64,000 nucleotides of DNA from an uncultured Nitrospira sp. (GTDB lineage Bacteria; Nitrospirota; Nitrospiria; Nitrospirales; Nitrospiraceae): assembly GCA_964435885.1 (NCBI GenBank), contig CAYTAS010000008.1, forward strand, positions 5,953 through 69,952. Reading direction: 5' to 3'. Every line of letters starts with the position of its first letter. Position 1 is the stretch's first letter. The notes below the pieces were generated by a model, which was not told the origin of the DNA, searched no databases, and worked only from the letters and a program-made list of their open reading frames with translations. Below are positions 60,830 through 64,000 of this stretch, one piece after another. Position numbers and translations under genes: made by a program.

Positions 60830-62410
60830 TCACGCGACCTGCTTGTGCATGAGACTTCGAATCCCCTGCAGCGGGATCGGCAACCAATCTGGCCTATTGT
60901 GCAATTCGTACTGCAATTCATACAGCGCCTTGTCGAGCTCGTAGACCTGAAGGACCCGCATCGCGTCCTCCCAAGTATCGGGCAAGAATTGCACCTCCCC
61001 CGGTTTGGCGACCGAGCGATACCCGTCAAGAAACACCGCACGTGCCGCCTGTTCCCAATCCGTCACGGTGACACCCTCGGAAACGGAGATCGGCTGGCGC
61101 TGTTTCAGCACCGCTTGAGCCGCGTAGTCGAACGAACGCAACATGCCCGCGACGTCTTTGAGGGGACAGACCTTCATGCGGCGCTCTTCGAGCGACCGAG
61201 CCGGCTCTCCTTCGAAATCGATCACAATAAATCCGTCTTCCGTTTTAAGAACTTGACCGAGATGATAGTCCCCATGACATCGAACTTTTGCCGATCGCCC
61301 CTTCGCCAAAAGGCCGAGCTGTTCGAATCGACTCCGGCAAACTCTCTCCACACCGTCCGCTTCGTCGAGGGACAATCCCATCAGCGTTTGTTGCTCGACC
61401 GGCAAGCCTCGCAGATCATGACACACGTCGGTTAGCAGCTGCATCATCTTCGCATGCCATCCTTGAACGTCATCGGCCGTAATCGGCTCCGGCCGAAATG
61501 CGTCCAGCTCCGTACTCGACGCCAGCGCAAGATGGAGCGTTCCGGTGAGCGTTCCAAGGTGGCGGATCTCTTCAAGGAACGCGTCCAACCTGTCACCTCC
61601 CGGTTTCGATGGGATGCCTGGGTGGTCCTGGTCGCTCTCCCTGAAGCGCTTTAGTAATTCCTCCAGCCGCATGAGCGTGTAACTCCAACCATCCCCCTTG
61701 TTGGGAACGAATCCTTGGACCACCACGATGGTTCCCTCGGCGCTCGTTTCCTCGGCGTGGTTATCGTGATACGCCATACGCCCAAGCAGCGGCGGCACAT
61801 CCCGGCATGCGGTCTGCGTCGCAAGGAACTCCAAGACCTCGTACTCTGGATTAATGCCTAGATCCAGCCTTCGGATCAATTTCATGATCACCCGCCGGTC
61901 CAGCAGAACCGAGGTATTGCTCTGTTCAGCCGAAAGAACCTTCACCCGATCGACCGGTGCGGCCAATTCATCCTGCTTTCCTGATACGGTCATTCCCGTC
62001 AAACAATCAGAATGTCCTATGATTTCCTTCTCCTCTCCGACGGCGGCGTACAATGCGCGCCAGACATCCTCTTCACTCGTGGCATCACAGACCCATTGCG
62101 AGGCGGACGCGCCTGGCACGGCGGCAATGGCCATGGCGTCGTCCTCGTCTATTCGCAGCCGGATCGACAGCGGTGTCACATAGCGCTCTTGCACCCCGCC
62201 GCGATATTCCACCAGCAGAACCGCCAGCAAACGCGGAATCGCTCCGGACGACAATTCGAACCCATCCACGAAGCGGACGTCAGCCACTGACCTGCCTTTC
62301 CCACGAAACCAGCGCTGGCGCTGGAGATACTCGATGACCGGCCCACGCCCCTGCGCTTCGAGCGCGGAACGGACTCGATCAGTCCATGGAGATTGGCCGG
62401 CCTGTGACAT
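60830..62410 (-). CDS. mak: Maltokinase (Mak/Pep2)
   Basis: QRWFRGK, EQSNTS, HGDYHLGQVL, IDFEGEP, DVAGMLRSFDY. Confidence 0.85.
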   Translation of the reverse strand: MSQAGQSPWTDRVRSALEAQGRGPVIEYLQRQRWFRGKGRSVADVRFVDGFELSSGAIPRLLAVLLVEYRGGVQERYVTPLSIRLRIDEDDAMAIAAVPGASASQWVCDATSEEDVWRALYAAVGEEKEIIGHSDCLTGMTVSGKQDELAAPVDRVKVLSAEQSNTSVLLDRRVIMKLIRRLDLGINPEYEVLEFLATQTACRDVPPLLGRMAYHDNHAEETSAEGTIVVVQGFVPNKGDGWSYTLMRLEELLKRFRESDQDHPGIPSKPGGDRLDAFLEEIRHLGTLTGTLHLALASSTELDAFRPEPITADDVQGWHAKMMQLLTDVCHDLRGLPVEQQTLMGLSLDEADGVERVCRSRFEQLGLLAKGRSAKVRCHGDYHLGQVLKTEDGFIVIDFEGEPARSLEERRMKVCPLKDVAGMLRSFDYAAQAVLKQRQPISVSEGVTVTDWEQAARAVFLDGYRSVAKPGEVQFLPDTWEDAMRVLQVYELDKALYELQYELHNRPDWLPIPLQGIRSLMHKQVA

Positions 62411-62420
62411 ATGTCGTCCG

Positions 62421-64000
62421 TTAGAAAAAGTAATCGAATTCCTGTTCACGATGGGTCCATCGCCGCACGGCATAGATCACAGCCGGTTCGACCTGCGGGT
62501 CCAGTCGAACCGAATAGACCCCGCCCTTCACAAGATCGCGCTGATTCGTGATCAAATTGTGCAATTGATATATTTCGTCCGACTTGATGCCGAACAAGCT
62601 GATCGGAATCTGCAGCCTCGTTTCCTGGACCTGAAACGGATTGAGATTGACGGCGACCAACAGAATATTGCGACGGTCCGGCGTGCTTTTCCCGTAGAAG
62701 AGGACGTGCTCGTTGTCGGCTTCGTAAAACTCGATATTCTCCATTTCGTGCAAAGCAGGATTCTCTCGCCTGATGCGATTGATCGTCGTCACGTACTCGA
62801 CGAGATTGCCGGGGCGATCCCAGTCCCAGAGCTTGATCTCGTACTTCTCCGAGTCGAGATACTCTTCCTTTGCCGGCAAGGCTCGGTTTTCGCACAGTTC
62901 GTACCCGCTATAGATACCGTACGACGGGGACAGCGTCGCCGCCAGCGCCAGCCGGAACTTGAACGCAGGCCTGCCGCCGTGCTGAAGGATTTCCGGCAGA
63001 ATGTCCGGTGTATTCGTAAAGAAATTCGGTCGGAAATACTCTTTCATCTCGCTGCGAGACAATTCGATCATATAGTCCGTGAGTTCCTGCTTGAAATTGC
63101 GCCATGTGAAGTAGGTGTACGATTGGGTAAATCCCGCCTTAGCCAACACCTTCATCATTTTCGGCCTGGTGAAGGCCTCGGATAAGAAGATGGCGTCCGG
63201 GTAGCGGTCCTGCACCTCGCGGATCAGCCACTCCCAAAAGGCCACCGGTTTCGTGTGCGGATTGTCGACGCGGAATATTCTCACCCCGTGATCCGCCCAG
63301 AACAGAATCACCCGCTTCATCTCGTTCCAGAGCCCATACCAGTCTTTGCAGTAGAAATCGACGTTGTAGATATCCTGGTACTTCTTGGGTGGATTTTCCG
63401 CGTACTTGATCGTGCCGTCCGGACGATGAGCGAACCACTCCGGATGCTCTTTGACGTAGGGATGGTCCGGCGAGCAATTGATCGCAAAGTCCAAGGCGAG
63501 TTCCATCCCCTCCGCACGCACAGCTGTTTCGAACCGATCGAAGTCTTCGATCGTGCCCAAACTCGGCTCCACGGCGTCGTGGCCCCCTTGGTCGTTCCCG
63601 ATCGCGTATGGACTGCCGGGATCCGTCGGAGTCGCCGCGAGGGAATTGTTCTTTCCCTTGCGGTTCGTGCGGCCGATCGGGTGGATCGGCGTAAGATACA
63701 GCACATCGAACCCCATTGCCTTGATCGCCGGCAATCGTTTCTCACATTCCCAAAAGGTCGATCCCCGTTCAGGATCGTTTCCTTGAGAGCGGGGGAAGAT
63801 TTCATACCAGGCTCCGTATCGCGCACGGACACGATCGACCACCACCTCCAGCTCCCTCTGGTACGAGGTCCAACCCACCCGTTCCTGATGACGTTCTACA
63901 AGTTGAGAGAGTTCCTCGCCGAGCGCCACAGCAAGTCGGGCTTCTTGCGTATCGGACGATCGCCATTGTTTGAGAAACAATTCCAATCGGGATTTATCTG
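62421..64000 (-). CDS. glgE: Alpha-1,4-glucan:maltose-1-phosphate maltosyltransferase, 5'-truncated by the window edge
   Basis: WYEIFPRS, PIHPIG, YAENPPKKYQDI, FRVDNPHTKP, SEAFTRP, TPDIL; frame is open to base 64000. Confidence 0.95.
   Translation of the reverse strand, partial: DKSRLELFLKQWRSSDTQEARLAVALGEELSQLVERHQERVGWTSYQRELEVVVDRVRARYGAWYEIFPRSQGNDPERGSTFWECEKRLPAIKAMGFDVLYLTPIHPIGRTNRKGKNNSLAATPTDPGSPYAIGNDQGGHDAVEPSLGTIEDFDRFETAVRAEGMELALDFAINCSPDHPYVKEHPEWFAHRPDGTIKYAENPPKKYQDIYNVDFYCKDWYGLWNEMKRVILFWADHGVRIFRVDNPHTKPVAFWEWLIREVQDRYPDAIFLSEAFTRPKMMKVLAKAGFTQSYTYFTWRNFKQELTDYMIELSRSEMKEYFRPNFFTNTPDILPEILQHGGRPAFKFRLALAATLSPSYGIYSGYELCENRALPAKEEYLDSEKYEIKLWDWDRPGNLVEYVTTINRIRRENPALHEMENIEFYEADNEHVLFYGKSTPDRRNILLVAVNLNPFQVQETRLQIPISLFGIKSDEIYQLHNLITNQRDLVKGGVYSVRLDPQVEPAVIYAVRRWTHREQEFDYFF

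Overview
Bacterial chromosomal window, mostly housekeeping genes. The organism is probably a Nitrospira-like diderm; this is inferred from an actinobacterial-type proteasome operon sitting alongside TolC, FtsEX/EnvC and sigma-54 genes. In order: 3' part of lon, thiL, DUF2062, HD hydrolase; a small variable patch of sORFs and pseudogenes (4.9-6.5 kb); an M23 peptidase and the operon arc-dop-prcB-prcA-pafA; thiS-thiG-thiE; a stand-alone PolX N-terminal fragment; ftsE-ftsX-envC-ctpA; ffh-rpsP-rimM-trmD-rplS-rnhB-yraN; uvrB; an RRM protein; M28 peptidase, TolC, CPBP protease; gltB-gltD; ispB; DUF1015; a sigma-54 response regulator; vanZ-amgK-murU; GH57-galT-cca; a ThiS/TtuB-like carrier; a small secreted repeat peptide; tRNA-Arg(ACG) followed by an island-like scar; and a trehalose/alpha-glucan cluster (glgE partial, mak, GH15, DUF5752, treS, treT, GT2, TM-helix protein). 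Main observations: (1) the proteasome operon has intact Pup ligase and depupylase motifs but no pup gene, with only 22 bp between dop and prcB; (2) a secreted 65-aa peptide built from K-GGH repeats that could be cut into ATCUN copper/nickel-binding peptides; (3) ThiS ends GGG-SC instead of GG; (4) paired inverted period-7 repeat arrays in several intergenic spacers; (5) a motif-degenerate GT2 and a tandem-repeat DUF5752 inside the trehalose operon; (6) several cryptic gene remnants. No CRISPR array, rRNA, integrase or transposase was seen. All family assignments come from motif recognition by eye, not database searches.
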